A DNA stretch of 64,000 nucleotides, from NCBI GenBank assembly GCA_951406725.2, contig OX597819.1, positions 48,732,001-48,796,000 on the forward strand. The letters run 5' to 3'. Every line of letters begins with the position of its first letter. The first letter of the stretch is position 1. This DNA is from Octopus vulgaris (lineage: Eukaryota). The notes below the pieces were generated by a model. That model searched no databases and was not told where the DNA came from. It saw nothing but the letters and a program-made list of their open reading frames with translations. Positions 38,530-50,490 of the stretch are shown here, in pieces. The position numbers were made by a program, and so were the translations under genes.

Positions 38530-39052
38530 TTAAAATTTTGACACAATGCCAGCAAGTTTGGAGGAAAGGGTAAGTTGTTTACATCGACCCCAGTGCTCAA
38601 CTGGTACTTATTTTATCACCCTCAAGAGGATGAAAGGCAAAGTGAACCTTAGTGGAATTTGAACTCAGTCTATAAACATGGATAAAATACTGCTAAGTAT
38701 TTTGCCTGGCATGCAAATAATTCTGCCAGCTTACTACCTTAACTGACACCGAACATTAAGAATATGCAAAAAAGTCATTTTGGTTTGGTTTGCTTGACAT
38801 GTTTTTTAATTTCTTTGAATTATCATTTTATTTTTTTATCCCAAATCACTTATAATATGTGTTTTCTTCAAACTATTTAATTTACTATCTTACATCGACC
38901 CCAGTGCTCAACTGGTACTTATTTTATTGCCCTCAAGATGATGCAAAGCAAAGTCAGCCTTGCTGGAATTTGAACCCAGACTCTAAATACGGACGAAGTG
39001 CCACTTAGCATTTTGTCCAGTCTGTTTACGATTCTGCCAAATCACGGCCTTC
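38530..39052 (-). mobile_element. Two further SINE E copies (38530-38740, 38890-39052)
   Basis: ACATCGACCCCAGTGCTCAACTGGTACTTATTTTAT in both. Confidence 0.8.
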
Positions 39053-39142
39053 CAAAGAATGAAATATTAAAAAAAAAAACAGAAAATGAACAAACGAAGA
39101 AAAAACTAACAAATATCTGAGAACTTATTGAATACTGTTTAA

Positions 39143-39364
39143 CCCTTTCATTACCGTATTTATTTTGAGATGCTCTGTGTTTCATTAAATTAATTTTAAA
39201 TATAACAAAGAATTTAGTAAAATAACTTAGTTATCATTAAGCTAGTATTGGGAACATAAATTATGACTGAGGTTTGGCAGAAGATTTTAATTCAATACTT
39301 ATGTAAACAAGACATTTGTACTAGAGAGCCAGGGGTGGTTTTGGCCGGGTTGGTATCAAAAGGG
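39143..39364. mobile_element. piggyBac-type MITE
   Basis: TTAA|CCCTTT...AAAGGG then T+TTAA; closely similar copy at 57082-57303. Confidence 0.85.
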
Positions 39365-39779
39365 TTTAATGTTTGGAAAGTTGACATTTACCATAGCCAT
39401 ATAACTAACATATCAACAACAAACACTTAAAACCAGATATGAATGGCAACACCCCTGTCAGAATTCATATTTCACTAAAAATCTTTATAGGAGTAGATCA
39501 ACAAATAGTTTACTCGTAAATTACAAACATTTTAGCTGTAAATAGTAAATAATTAGAATGGTGATTCAGTGGCACCCATAAGCAGTGACTTTCTAACACA
39601 AGCAAAACACATGTGTGTTGCTAACCATTATTATTAAATGTCATAAGTCTTAGAAAGAAATATGTAAAAATTTTAATTCAGAAAGTGTTCTTGTGCCCTC
39701 TTCTCAACCTTTTTCTCTCAAGTTATGTTGGTTTAATTAAAATGTATTTGAAAACAATTTTTTTTTGTAACCCTTTAAG

Positions 39780-39825
<46 letters not shown>

Positions 39826-39917
39826 TATCATCACCACCACCACCACCACTACCACTACCACCACCACCACCACTACTATCATCATCGTTGTCGTCATCAT
39901 CATCATCATAACCATCA
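39780..39917. repeat. (CAT)n/(CAC)n microsatellite
   Basis: Directly visible. Confidence 0.95.
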
Positions 39918-40644
39918 TTTGACGTCTTTCTTCCCTGGTGGCATGGGTTGGACAATTTGACAGGAACTGGCTACCCAAAGGACTGCACCAAGTTCCACTG
40001 TCTGTTTTAGCATGGTTTTTACAGCTGGATGTAAAAAATGATGTAAAATATATATTGGTTAAGTAAAAAATATTCACCACAGAGTGGTCATTATTTCATA
40101 CTTAGCCAATATAAGGTGACAGGCTTTGTGTCATTTTCATGTGCAAAAAAATGTGTGATTTCAGAATTTTGTAGAAGTTGTGAATATAATAAATTATATG
40201 AGAATATTAAATGTTTAGAATCAGCAGATTGTGATTTGCATTCAAGAATTATGCACAAGACCTTTGAGAAAGTGGAAAATTTGTCATACCTCCATAGGAT
40301 TTGGTGATATCGTTTGCATGTATGTTTATTATCATGATATTTTATCATCTTATTTCATGTCAATCTACCAGTGTCAAGACTGACACCTCGATAGACATTG
40401 TGAATGTCCTCATCAAATACTGTCAGCTTGCACAAGACGGTCATGTTCTCTAAGAGCTGCTTAGGTATAGTAATTGTCCAACCAATCAAATTAGTTAGAC
40501 ATAGAGTTTTTATGGGTTCAACTTGCTTCGTTAAAACTCCTGCAATCTGTTGACAAATTAATTTTTGTTTTCTTTGTCATAACAATCTTCTTTTTTTCTT
40601 CTTTTCCCTTCAGGAATACTTCTGCACCCCCAAGAACCAAAGTA

Positions 40645-40740
40645 TTAGCTCTGTTAATTGAGCTTAAAGTTAACTCTAACTACTGAGCTCAATGTTAGCT
40701 CCATTTATTGAGCTTAGTGTTAGCTCTGTTTATTGAGTCT
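40645..40740. repeat. 25-bp minisatellite, ~4 units
   Basis: TTAGCTCTGTT(A/T)ATTGAGCTTAnnG units. Confidence 0.85.
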
Positions 40741-40864
40741 AGAGAACAATTCTTCCTCACATCCTCCTAGTACTTATTTCTCTACAAGGCACTCCAGTTT
40801 TTTGATAAAGACTTGACTTTCTGATGCAAGTTTCACAATTGTAATACTTTTAAATAGAAGCCTA

Positions 40865-41228
40865 GTCATTTTGGCTGCAGCACCGCCTTTAGTCAAGCAA
40901 ATCGACCCCAGGACTTATTCTTTGTAAGCCTAGTACTTATTCTATTGGTCTCTTTTGCTGAACTGCCAAGTTATGGGGATGTAAACACACTAGCATCAGT
41001 TGTCAAGCAATGTTGGGGGGGGGGGACAAACAGACACACACACACATATATATACATATACATACAATGGGCTTCTTTCAGTTTCTGTCTACCAAATCCA
41101 CTCACAAGGCTTTGGTCGGCCTGAGGCTATAGTAGAAGACACTTGCCCAAGGTGCAATGCAGTGGGACTGAACTCAGAACCATGTTGTTGGTAAGCAAGC
41201 TACTTACCACACAGCCACTCCTGCGCCT
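40865..41228 (-). mobile_element. SINE A
   Basis: Collinear with 43226-43636. Confidence 0.88.
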
Positions 41229-41526
41229 CCTATGCTAAAAATTGTTTTAGAAAACTGGCGTGAAACTCATCAATCACAAGTTGTCCAAGTTAATAAAGCT
41301 TTTTGTTTGGTTCACATAAGTCTGTTGTGAATATATTAACTAATTCTTTCCATGAAACCAGAACTGCATATAAGAAATTTAAAGTAAATTCTGTTTCACT
41401 TCAAACCATTGGGGAAGTTACTTCAGAGAGAATGAATTGGTTGCTGCAATTTACTCCAGCTTTGAAGTTTGTTATAGAGATAAGTGAAAAAACAAACTGG
41501 CAATTCCACCAGTCTTCTCAATCATA

Positions 41527-42220
41527 TCTTTTACTTGTTTCAGTCATTAGACTGTGGCCATGCAGGGGCACAGCCTTGAAGGTTTTAGCTGAGCAAATTG
41601 ATTCCAGTGCTTATTTTGCTTTTTAAGTCTGGATCTTTTGCTAAACTGGTTAGTTACTGGGATGTAAACAAACCAACACTAGTTTTCAAGGAGTGGAAGA
41701 TGGGGGACAAACGCAAGTGCAAAGGCACGCTTGCATGTGCGCACACACACACACTCACACACACTCACACACACTCACACACACATACAAACACACACAT
41801 TATGGGCTTCCACACAGTTTCTTATTTCTTTATTGCCCACAAGGGGCTAAACATAGAGGGGACAAACAAGGACAGACAAAGTGATTAAGCTGATTACATC
41901 GACCCCAGTGTGTAACTGGTACTTAATATATCGACCCCAAAAGGATGAACGGCTAAGTCGACCTTGGCAGAATTTGAACTCAGAACGTAACAGCAAACGA
42001 AATACCGCTAAGCATTTCGCCTGGTGTGCTAATGTTTCTGCCAGCTTGCTGCCTTCCACACAGTTTCTATTGACCAAATTCACTCACAAGGCATGGTTAG
42101 CCTGGGGGTTATTGTTAAAGACACTGGCCAAAGATGCCATGCAGTGGGACTGCAGCAAAACAACTTCTTAACCATACAGTGGGACTGAACCAAAACAAGC
42201 TTCTTAACCATACAGCCAGG
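41527..42220 (-). mobile_element. SINE A hosting a SINE E insertion (41822-42055) with 15-bp TSD
   Basis: TSD CTTCCACACAGTTTC at 41807-41821 and 42053-42067. Confidence 0.85.
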
Positions 42221-42404
42221 CTTTGGATTTCTGTAACTGACTTACAGACATCATTGTATTGAAGTACCAAAGTATGTACTGCACATACTGATTTCAACAT
42301 AGAATACTTTGCACTGAGCACCTTCTTCGGAGAATCTATCCGTGCTCTTAAACTTTTGTCTCCATTGTTCTTGTACTTTTCATTATTTGTAATTTTTTTT
42401 AAAG

Positions 42405-42870
42405 CCAAGTACTTATTCTATTGGTCTCTTTTGCCAAACTGTAAAGTTATAGAGACAGAAACACACCAACACTAATTGTCTAGTATTGATTGGGGACAAA
42501 CACAGGCACAAAGACAACCACACACATATGCGCATGCGTGTGCACACACACACACATGCAATCACACACAGCAAAGATAAGGTAAAAACTACAGGGCAAA
42601 GGTAAGGTAAACTACAACTTTGCTTTGTTTTACCTTTTATAGTTTACTTTGTAACTTCTCACATTTTTCCAGCCTTACACAACAAATCTCTTTAAAATAT
42701 ACATAGATATACTTCATGGGATGCTTTCAGTTTCCAATTGCCAAATCCACTCACAAGGCTTTGATTGGTCCAAGGCTACAGTAGTAGACACTTTCCCAAT
42801 GTTCCACATTATGGAACTGAACCTGGAACCATCTGGTTGGGAAGCAATCTTCTTACCACACAGCCATACC
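42405..42870 (-). mobile_element. SINE A, interrupted
   Basis: Tail 42405-42520, head 42715-42870. Confidence 0.75.
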
Positions 42871-43141
42871 TTGCACCTGTTATATGATTTATATTTTTGA
42901 GAACATCATTAAACTTTATAAATTCTTTGTAGCTTTTAAAAGGTATGCACATGCCCTGCTGTACTTGATTCAGTTACTTTTCCTGTCCAGTGACTGTCTA
43001 TAATTTTCAGAGTCAGAAATTGATCATTCTTTTTGCATTTTATCAAATAAAGTAACACATTTGATGGAAACAGCTTGAGCTGAAGAAATTTGTTTGTCAA
43101 AATTATTTTAGATCACTTTAGACAACAGCTTCCTAGATGTA

Positions 43142-43772
43142 CAGTAATCCTTTCAACTATCGTGGGTGCTATGTTTCAAAACCCTCCGTAATAGGTGAAC
43201 ATCCACGAAGTAGAAACAGTACTGTACTCTCTCTTTACTCTTTTACCTGTTTCAGTTATTTGACTGCGGCCATGCTGGAGCACCGCCTTTAGTCGAGCAA
43301 ATCGACCCCAGGATTTATTCTTTGTAAGCCTAGTACTTATTCTATTGGTCTCTTTAGCTGAACCGCTAAGTTACGGGGATGCAAACACATCAGCATCGGT
43401 TGTCAAGCGATGTTGGGGAGACAAATACAGACACACAAACACACACACACACACACATACATATATATACATATATACGACGGGCTTCTTTCAGTTTCCG
43501 TCTACCAAATCCACTCACAAGGCTTTGGTCGGCCCGAGACTATAGTAGAAGACACTTGCCCAAGGTGCCACGCAGTGGGACTGAACCTGGAACCATGTGG
43601 TTGGTAAGGAAGCTACTTACCACACAGCCACTCCTGTATATTTTTCTTTTATTATTTTTATAATCTGTATATATTTATTTTATTATAAATCAAAACAAGA
43701 CCATAGAGGAATCAATGTAAGCTTAAATAATAAACTGTGATAGGTGAACTACAATATGGTGAGGAATTACTG
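43142..43772. mobile_element. pogo/Tigger-type MITE hosting a SINE A
   Basis: TA|CAGTAATCCTT...GAGGAATTACTG|TA; subterminal ATAGGTGAAC near both ends. Confidence 0.7.
43226..43636 (-). mobile_element. SINE A, best-preserved (CpG-rich) copy
   Basis: Complete head, (TG/TA)n and tail. Confidence 0.92.
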
Positions 43773-44555
43773 TATTAAAGTTCAAACTCCTTATGGAGAG
43801 AGTGGCTTATTATACATAATTGAACAATCTCTGCACTTTAGAAACTACAGTCATAAATAACCAGTTGTTTACACCAAATGTGAATGTCTTGGCATTATTA
43901 CATACTCAAAACAAAACAGCAGGCTGGCAGAATCATTAGCACACCAGACAAAATGCTTAGCAGTTTGTCCATCTGAGTTCAAATCCTGTTGAGGTCAACT
44001 TTGCTTTTCACCTTTTAGAGGGTGGGGTCAATGCAATAAGTACCAGTTGAGCACTGAGGCCAATGTAATTGACCTCCCCCATCAACCAAAATTTCAGTAC
44101 ATGTGGTTATGGTAGAAAGGTTTATTATGCACACAAAACATTTATTCAAGTTGCTTATTTGCACTGCTTACTACATGCAGCAGTAGAACTTCAGATTTTT
44201 CAATAATTTCTGTTTCATATTTTGTTCCTTTTTTCTGTGCATATCATAGATAGTCAACTGTGACTCTTTTCATGCTTTGCTACCCCAGTATTGTCAATAC
44301 AAAGTTTACATCTAACTGTCTTTTGAGTTACTTTCCTTGTGACTGGTAGGAATGTCTCCGGCTATTTTGTCTCATCAGCTGCATCTTGTTATTTAGCCTC
44401 TGATGGATGTTTTATGACTAAGTTCAAGTCCATTTCTACACAGTGTTGTGTTCTTGGTTACTGATGAATCAGATTCTGTTTCTTTAATTGACTGTAGGAC
44501 CTATTAAATTGTGATACTCTTAAAAATAGAACAAAATGTTTTCTTTTTCTGTATC

Positions 44556-44773
44556 TTATTTCTTTACTGCCCACAAGGGGCTACACACAGAGGGGACAAA
44601 CAAGAACAGATAAATTGATTAAGTTGATTATATCGACCCCAGTGTGTAACTGGTACTTATTTAATCGACCTCGAAAGGATGAAAAGCAAAGTCGACCTTG
44701 GCGGAATTTGAACTCAGAACAAAGTGGCAGTATTTTGCCCGGCGTGCTAACGTTTCTGCCAGCTCACCGCCTT
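44556..44773 (-). mobile_element. SINE E with alternative tail, 15-bp TSD
   Basis: TSD TTTTTCTGTATCTTA at 44544-44558 and 44774-44788. Confidence 0.88.
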
Positions 44774-45275
44774 TTTTTCTGTATCTTACAATGAAGCACA
44801 TCTGCTGAATTTTTCTATGATGGTACTAGTTTGGTTCTAATCGAAAAATTACTATTTTGTGTGAGAAACTAGAACATTGACATCAATGTGTTTGAGAAAT
44901 AAATGATTGAAATTACTTGATATGAAATCTTACCTTCAACAAAGTACATGTAGAATAAAGAGTCAAACCTACAGCTTAATTTTTAGTAATTGTCTGCTTG
45001 TGACATGTTACACTTTGTAACTTGTAGGCATCAGGTCAGTTGTTGTGATGTTATTATTGTATTCTGAAAAGGTAATTAACTAACAGATAGCATGAATGAC
45101 AAGACAGAGCACAGTAGCTCCATATGCTTATGCTTTTTTGTTTTGTTTTTCCAGAACTTAGTAATTCTATATTTGCTGGCAAATGTGAAATAAATACATT
45201 TCTAATTGTATATTGTTCGCATGGAAAAAAAAAAGGAGAAAACTACCAAATTAATATGTATGTCTGTCTGTATGT

Positions 45276-46062
45276 ATCATCATCATCATCATCATTTAAC
45301 GTCCGCTTTCCATGCTAGCATGGGTTGGACGGTTCAACTGGGGTCTGGGGAGCCTGAAGGCTGCACCAGGCCAGTCAGATCTGGCAGTGTTTCTACAGCT
45401 GGATGCCCTTCCTAACGCCAACCACTCTGAGAGTGTAGTGGGTGATTTTATGTGCCACCGACACAGGTGCCAGACGAAGCTGGCGAACGGCCACGCTCGG
45501 ATGGTGTTTTTATGTGCCACCGACACAGGTGCCAGACAAGGCTAGCAGACGACCACGCTCGGATGGTGTTTTTATGTGCCACCGACACAGGTGCCAGACG
45601 AGGCTGGCGAACGGCCACGCTCGGATGGTGTTTTTATGTGCCACCGACACAGGTGCCAGACAAGGCTAGCAGACGACCACGCTCGGATGGTGTTTTTTTT
45701 TATGTGCCACCGACACAGGTGCCAGACGAGGCTGGCGAACGGCCACACTCGGATGGTGTTTTTATGTGCCACCGACACAGGTGCCAGACAAGGCTAGCAG
45801 ACGACCACGCTCGGATGGTGTTTTTATTGTGCCACCGACACAGGAGCCAGATTAGGCTGGCGATCGGCCACGATTGGATGGTGATTGTTACGTGCCCACA
45901 GCATGGAGGCCAGTCGGTGCGGTACTGGCTATGGCCACGTTCGGATGGTTTTCTTGTGTGCCACCGGCACTGGTACCACAAAGATACAAATTCCATTGAT
46001 GTTCATCTATTTTGATTTTGTTTGATTTTCACTTGCCTCAACAGGTCTTCACAAGTGTCACA
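45276..46062 (-). mobile_element. RTE LINE 3' UTR copy with expanded tandem array
   Basis: Reverse complement of 4570-5090 with extra units. Confidence 0.9.
45441..45970 (-). repeat. 62-bp tandem array (8 units plus a partial) with AB alternation
   Basis: Unit starts at 45451, 45513, 45575, 45637, 45703, 45765, 45828, 45891, 45957. Confidence 0.95.
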
Positions 46063-46200
46063 ATCGTCATCATCATCATCATCATCATTTAACGTCCATG
46101 CTAGCATAGGTTGGATGATTTGACTGAGGTCTGGCGAACCAGATGGCTGCACCAGACTCCAATATCTGATCTGCCCTTCCTAACGCCAACCACTTCAAGA

Positions 46201-46239
<39 letters not shown>

Positions 46240-46244
46240 GATGT

Positions 46245-46552
46245 ATCTTCTCTACAGCAAGATGCTTATCTCACCAGCTGGTACAAAGTCACTTCCCTGA
46301 ATACTATTCCCAACTGAGGGGGCTTTGTCTTGCAAGTTACTTGGTAACTCAGTCAGTGTTGGTGCCACATAAAATGTATCCAGTACACTCCTTACTGTGG
46401 TTGCCATTAGGAAGGGTATCCAGCCATAGAAGCCATGCCAAAGCAGACAATAAAGCTTGGTGCAGTCCTCTTGCTTGTTAGCTCCTGTGAAACCATCCAA
46501 CCCATGCTAGCATAGAAAACGAACATTAAATGATATTGAGGATGATGATGAT
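46245..46552 (+). mobile_element. RTE 3' UTR-type repeat, single-module subfamily
   Basis: Similar to 28420-28630; standard tail. Confidence 0.75.
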
Positions 46553-47849
46553 GTGGACATTTATATTTAACAAGTTCTTGCACACTATAACATTGAGTGC
46601 TTAGCACAAATACAAACATGCATACACACACACACACACAGAGGCACAAATGCAAATTACTGGATTATCCAGTAATTTTTTTTTTTTTTTGCTAGTTAAT
46701 TTTGTCTTCTCTCCTGGTGCTGTATGAACAGTTAATGTTGTTTTAGAGTCAAGCTTTGACTACTATTTCAAGCATGATGGTATCTCTTAGATACCCTTAA
46801 TTATAATTTTAATAATAATTATTACCTTTTGAGGTTTTTATTCCCATGCTGGCCACCTGATAGGAGTGGTATTTTAAATAACGAACTTATTCTTATTTAT
46901 ACAAATATATACATATATAACCCATGCTAGCATGGAAAGCAGACGTTAAACGATAATGATGATATGATATATATAAAAAATGTAATATACAAATAAATAT
47001 CTAAATATAAACCATCCGATTTTCTGAGTACCTCATTTCTTCTAATATACATACATATATATGTATATGTGAATTTTTGTATGTACATTCACACACATAC
47101 ATACTTTAAAATATTTGAGCCAACAAACAGTGCAGTCACTTGACCTCTTAGTAAAAAAAAAAAAAACTAAAACAGACAAATTCCATCAAACACACCCAAA
47201 AGTTTAAAAACAAAGAAAAGACTCAGTGGACTGTGATATACAGAAAAATACAGGATAGTTACAAATGGAATGCCTTTGATTATAAAGTCTACATGGTCAA
47301 AGCAGATATGGGGCTACACAACACCTTTAGAATATTTGCAAAACAGTAATAATGAACTAGTAATTTGGAAATGGTTAATCATTTGTATGAATAGTTCTAA
47401 GAGCAACAACAACAAAAGCTTGATTCTGATGTATTTTAAAGGTTTCTTATTAGCAATTTATATGGCTAGATCAAAGCACTCCATTCTGTATGAACCTTAG
47501 TAAATCAAATGACTATATACATAATGTAAGCCAAAACCTTCAAAAAGGACTAAGTTCATTGAAGTTTCAAACAATATGGTTTCACTTGTCTCTTGCCAAA
47601 ATTTTGAAGCAAGTGTTATAAAGAAATTTCAACCATCTAGCTACATGCACAAATGCACGCAACATCTCTTCTCTCTCTTTCACACACACACACAAACGCT
47701 TTTCCCCCTCTTTCCTCTCTCTCTCTCTATATAGGTATATATGCATATATACACCAATATATAAGTTCATGTACATGTGTATGTATATATGTATATATTG
47801 TATATATATGTGCATATGCATGTGTGTGTGTGTGCACACACGTGTATAT

Positions 47850-47976
<127 letters not shown>

Positions 47977-48845
47977 GATAGATGGATAGAGAGAGAGAGA
48001 GACATTCAAATACATACACATATATATGTATATATGTGTATGTATACACATATGCACACACTCGCACACGCGCACACACACATACATACACATTTATTTA
48101 TATGTATATATATATATATACACACACACACATACACACACAGACATATATTTAATATTTGTTCTCAGATTTTGGCAACCTCTGGAAAGTGAAACCATAC
48201 TGTTTGAGAATTCATTGATTTATCCTTTTGAGGTTTTTACTCTATGAGTAAAAAAAAAACCCTCCTCCACATACATACACAAACTCCCACGTCGACACAC
48301 ACACACACACACACGCACACACACAATATGCACATACACATGCATACAACTTTTGAAATCGATTTTTGTACTTTTATTTCAACCTACAAAATCAGTTACA
48401 ATATACCTCTCATCTCTTAAAAGTGGTTACTCACTAATCCTATATCAACATCATTATCATCATGATCATGATGTTGATGATGATGATAATAATGATGATG
48501 ATGATGATCATCATCATCATCATCATCATCATCCTCATCATCATTACAATCATCATCATCATCAACCTCAAGTTTGAAATCATGTTACTATTTAGCTTTG
48601 CATGCTTATATGGTTTACACCTCTCAGCCTTTGCCAGTATCTCAAGGATGATGGAAACACCTCTGAGTTACTTTTCATAAACAACAATCACTAATAAAAT
48701 TTTTGTGGAACTGAACTTTCCTGTAACTTGTTCTGCCATGTCATCTCTCCTGCAATAGCATTAGCAACCATTGAGAACTTTTTAAAAAACAGTGTTACAT
48801 CATTATTATTATTATTATTATTATTGATGATGATGATGATGATGA

Positions 48846-49027
48846 TCAGACACATACATAACGAAAACACCAGGACTTATGAGTATACATAACATAGAGA
48901 AAATAGCACAACTAGGCACCACACACATCCTACTTAAAGCACTTTCAATACAGTGAAAATAACATAAAAACAAACCACAGCACATACTCAAGGCACACAG
49001 TGAAAGCATGTGATAAAAATATGACTA

Positions 49028-49060
<33 letters not shown>
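48846..49060 (+). mobile_element. R4/Dong-like LINE extreme 3' end
   Basis: DTYITKTPGLMSIHNIEKIAQLGTTHILLKALSIQ*; (AAT)n tail. Confidence 0.7.
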
Positions 49061-49097
<37 letters not shown>

Positions 49098-49098
<1 letters not shown>

Positions 49099-49893
49099 TC
49101 CTGGGCTTGGTTAAAAAAGAGGCAATTAAACAAAGAAGCAGAAAGCCTAATTGTAGCAGCCCAAGATTAAGCGCTAAAAACAAACAACTTGAGAAAAAAA
49201 TGTATATGAAAAGAATGTGTCAGAGAAATGTAGAACCTGTGGAACTTGGAACAAGACAGTGGTACACATTGTGACAGAATGCCTCAAGTTGGCACAGGAA
49301 GAAAATAAAAATGGAAGCACGACCAAATTGTAAAAATTATACACTGGATATTGTACCAGAATGGGGGTTTGAAGCTGGAAACGCATGGTACAATCATCGA
49401 GTCAAAAGAGTAGTGGAGTTGGAGAAATATAAGATTTTGTAGGACTTTCCTATTCAAATGAACAAGAAATTAGAAAATAATAGACCAGATATAATGATTG
49501 TAGATAAGGAAAAGTGAAGGTGCTTACTTATTGACCCATCATGCCTGTTTGATTTCAGGATTGTAAAGAAAAACAAAAAAAAGTACACTCCCTTAAATTT
49601 GAAATAAGAAGAATTTGGAGTATGTGAACAGTAAAGGTCATGCCTATAATAATTGATGCATTGGGAACAGGAAGCCAAGATATAGACAAATTTCTGAAGG
49701 AGATTAAAATAGAATGCCTGGTAGAGCTTCTACAGAAAGTTTGCCTCTTATGGACAGTGAGGATTATCAGGAGGGTTCTAAACTCTTGAAAGACTGCTAA
49801 AAACTTGTGGATACTTATGGTTACAGGTAGTAACCCGAACCTGCTATCCACATAATTCCTACCAGGAATAAGACCGAACCTAAGCCAAACCAA

Positions 49894-49926
<33 letters not shown>

Positions 49927-49933
49927 AATAAAT
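49098..49933 (+). pseudogene. R4/Dong-clade LINE 3' part: CCHC knuckle plus restriction-like endonuclease, decayed
   Basis: SWAWLK..ESLIVAAQD..KCRTCGTWNKTVVHIVTEC..HD..IL*DFPIQ..NRPDIMIVDK..LLID..PIII.ALGT..LQKVCLL.T.RIIRRVL; (AAT)n on both sides. Confidence 0.85.
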
Positions 49934-49935
49934 AA

Positions 49936-50137
49936 TCTTTTCTACTAAAGGCACAAGACCTGGAATTTTAGTCAATTACATCAACCCCAGTGTTTCACTG
50001 GTACTTAATTTATCGATCCCAAAAGGATGAAAGGCAAAGTCAACCTCAGCAGGATTTGCACTCAGAGCGTAAAGATGGATGAAATGCCACTAAACATTTG
50101 CCTGGTGTGCTAATGATTCTGCCAGCTCGCTGCCTTA
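49936..50137 (-). mobile_element. SINE E (further copies at 43920-44120, 50505-50819, 52915-53125, 60165-60365)
   Basis: Nin-like core GGATGAAAGGCAAAGTC. Confidence 0.8.
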
Positions 50138-50159
50138 ACAACAACAACAACAACAATAA

Positions 50160-50490
50160 CAACAAGAGCATTCAGAGAGTGCAAACCTCTGCCAAGGCAA
50201 CACCAATGTCCTCTCAACAATTACCCAGAGATGATTTTAAAATGCGAATATCTGAAATAAACTTGGCTGCTCTCACAAATGCGAATACTAAAAATGAACC
50301 CAACTGCTCTCAAAAATTAACTAAAAAATAATCCAGAATCCTTGTCCGATACTGGATTAATCCCCAAATCTTATCAGTTTGTACCAGTCACAAGGCCAAA
50401 TATCCCTGAAAGTTTCATCCGAATCCATCTCACGGTCCTTGAGATATCTTGTCCATGGACAACCAAACAAACATGACTGTAAACAATACT
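50160..50490 (+). mobile_element. Helentron-associated (HINE/DINE-like) non-autonomous element
   Basis: AACAAGAG start; AAGTTTCATCCGAATCC..CTTGAGATATC..GGACAACCAAACAAAC..AAACAATAC layout. Confidence 0.5.

Noticed and set aside
44929-44975. 35-nt minus-strand micro-exon with AAG|GTAAGA donor
   Set aside because: The acceptor lacks a pyrimidine tract and such donors occur by chance
45441-45970. CRISPR-like array
   Set aside because: Units repeat over their whole length with no unique spacers; no cas genes; eukaryotic LINE context
45442-46015. Repetitive-peptide ORFs (MCHRHRCQ.., VPPTQVPD..; also 4351-5059)
   Set aside because: By-products of the 62-bp array; period not a multiple of 3; antisense to the LINE
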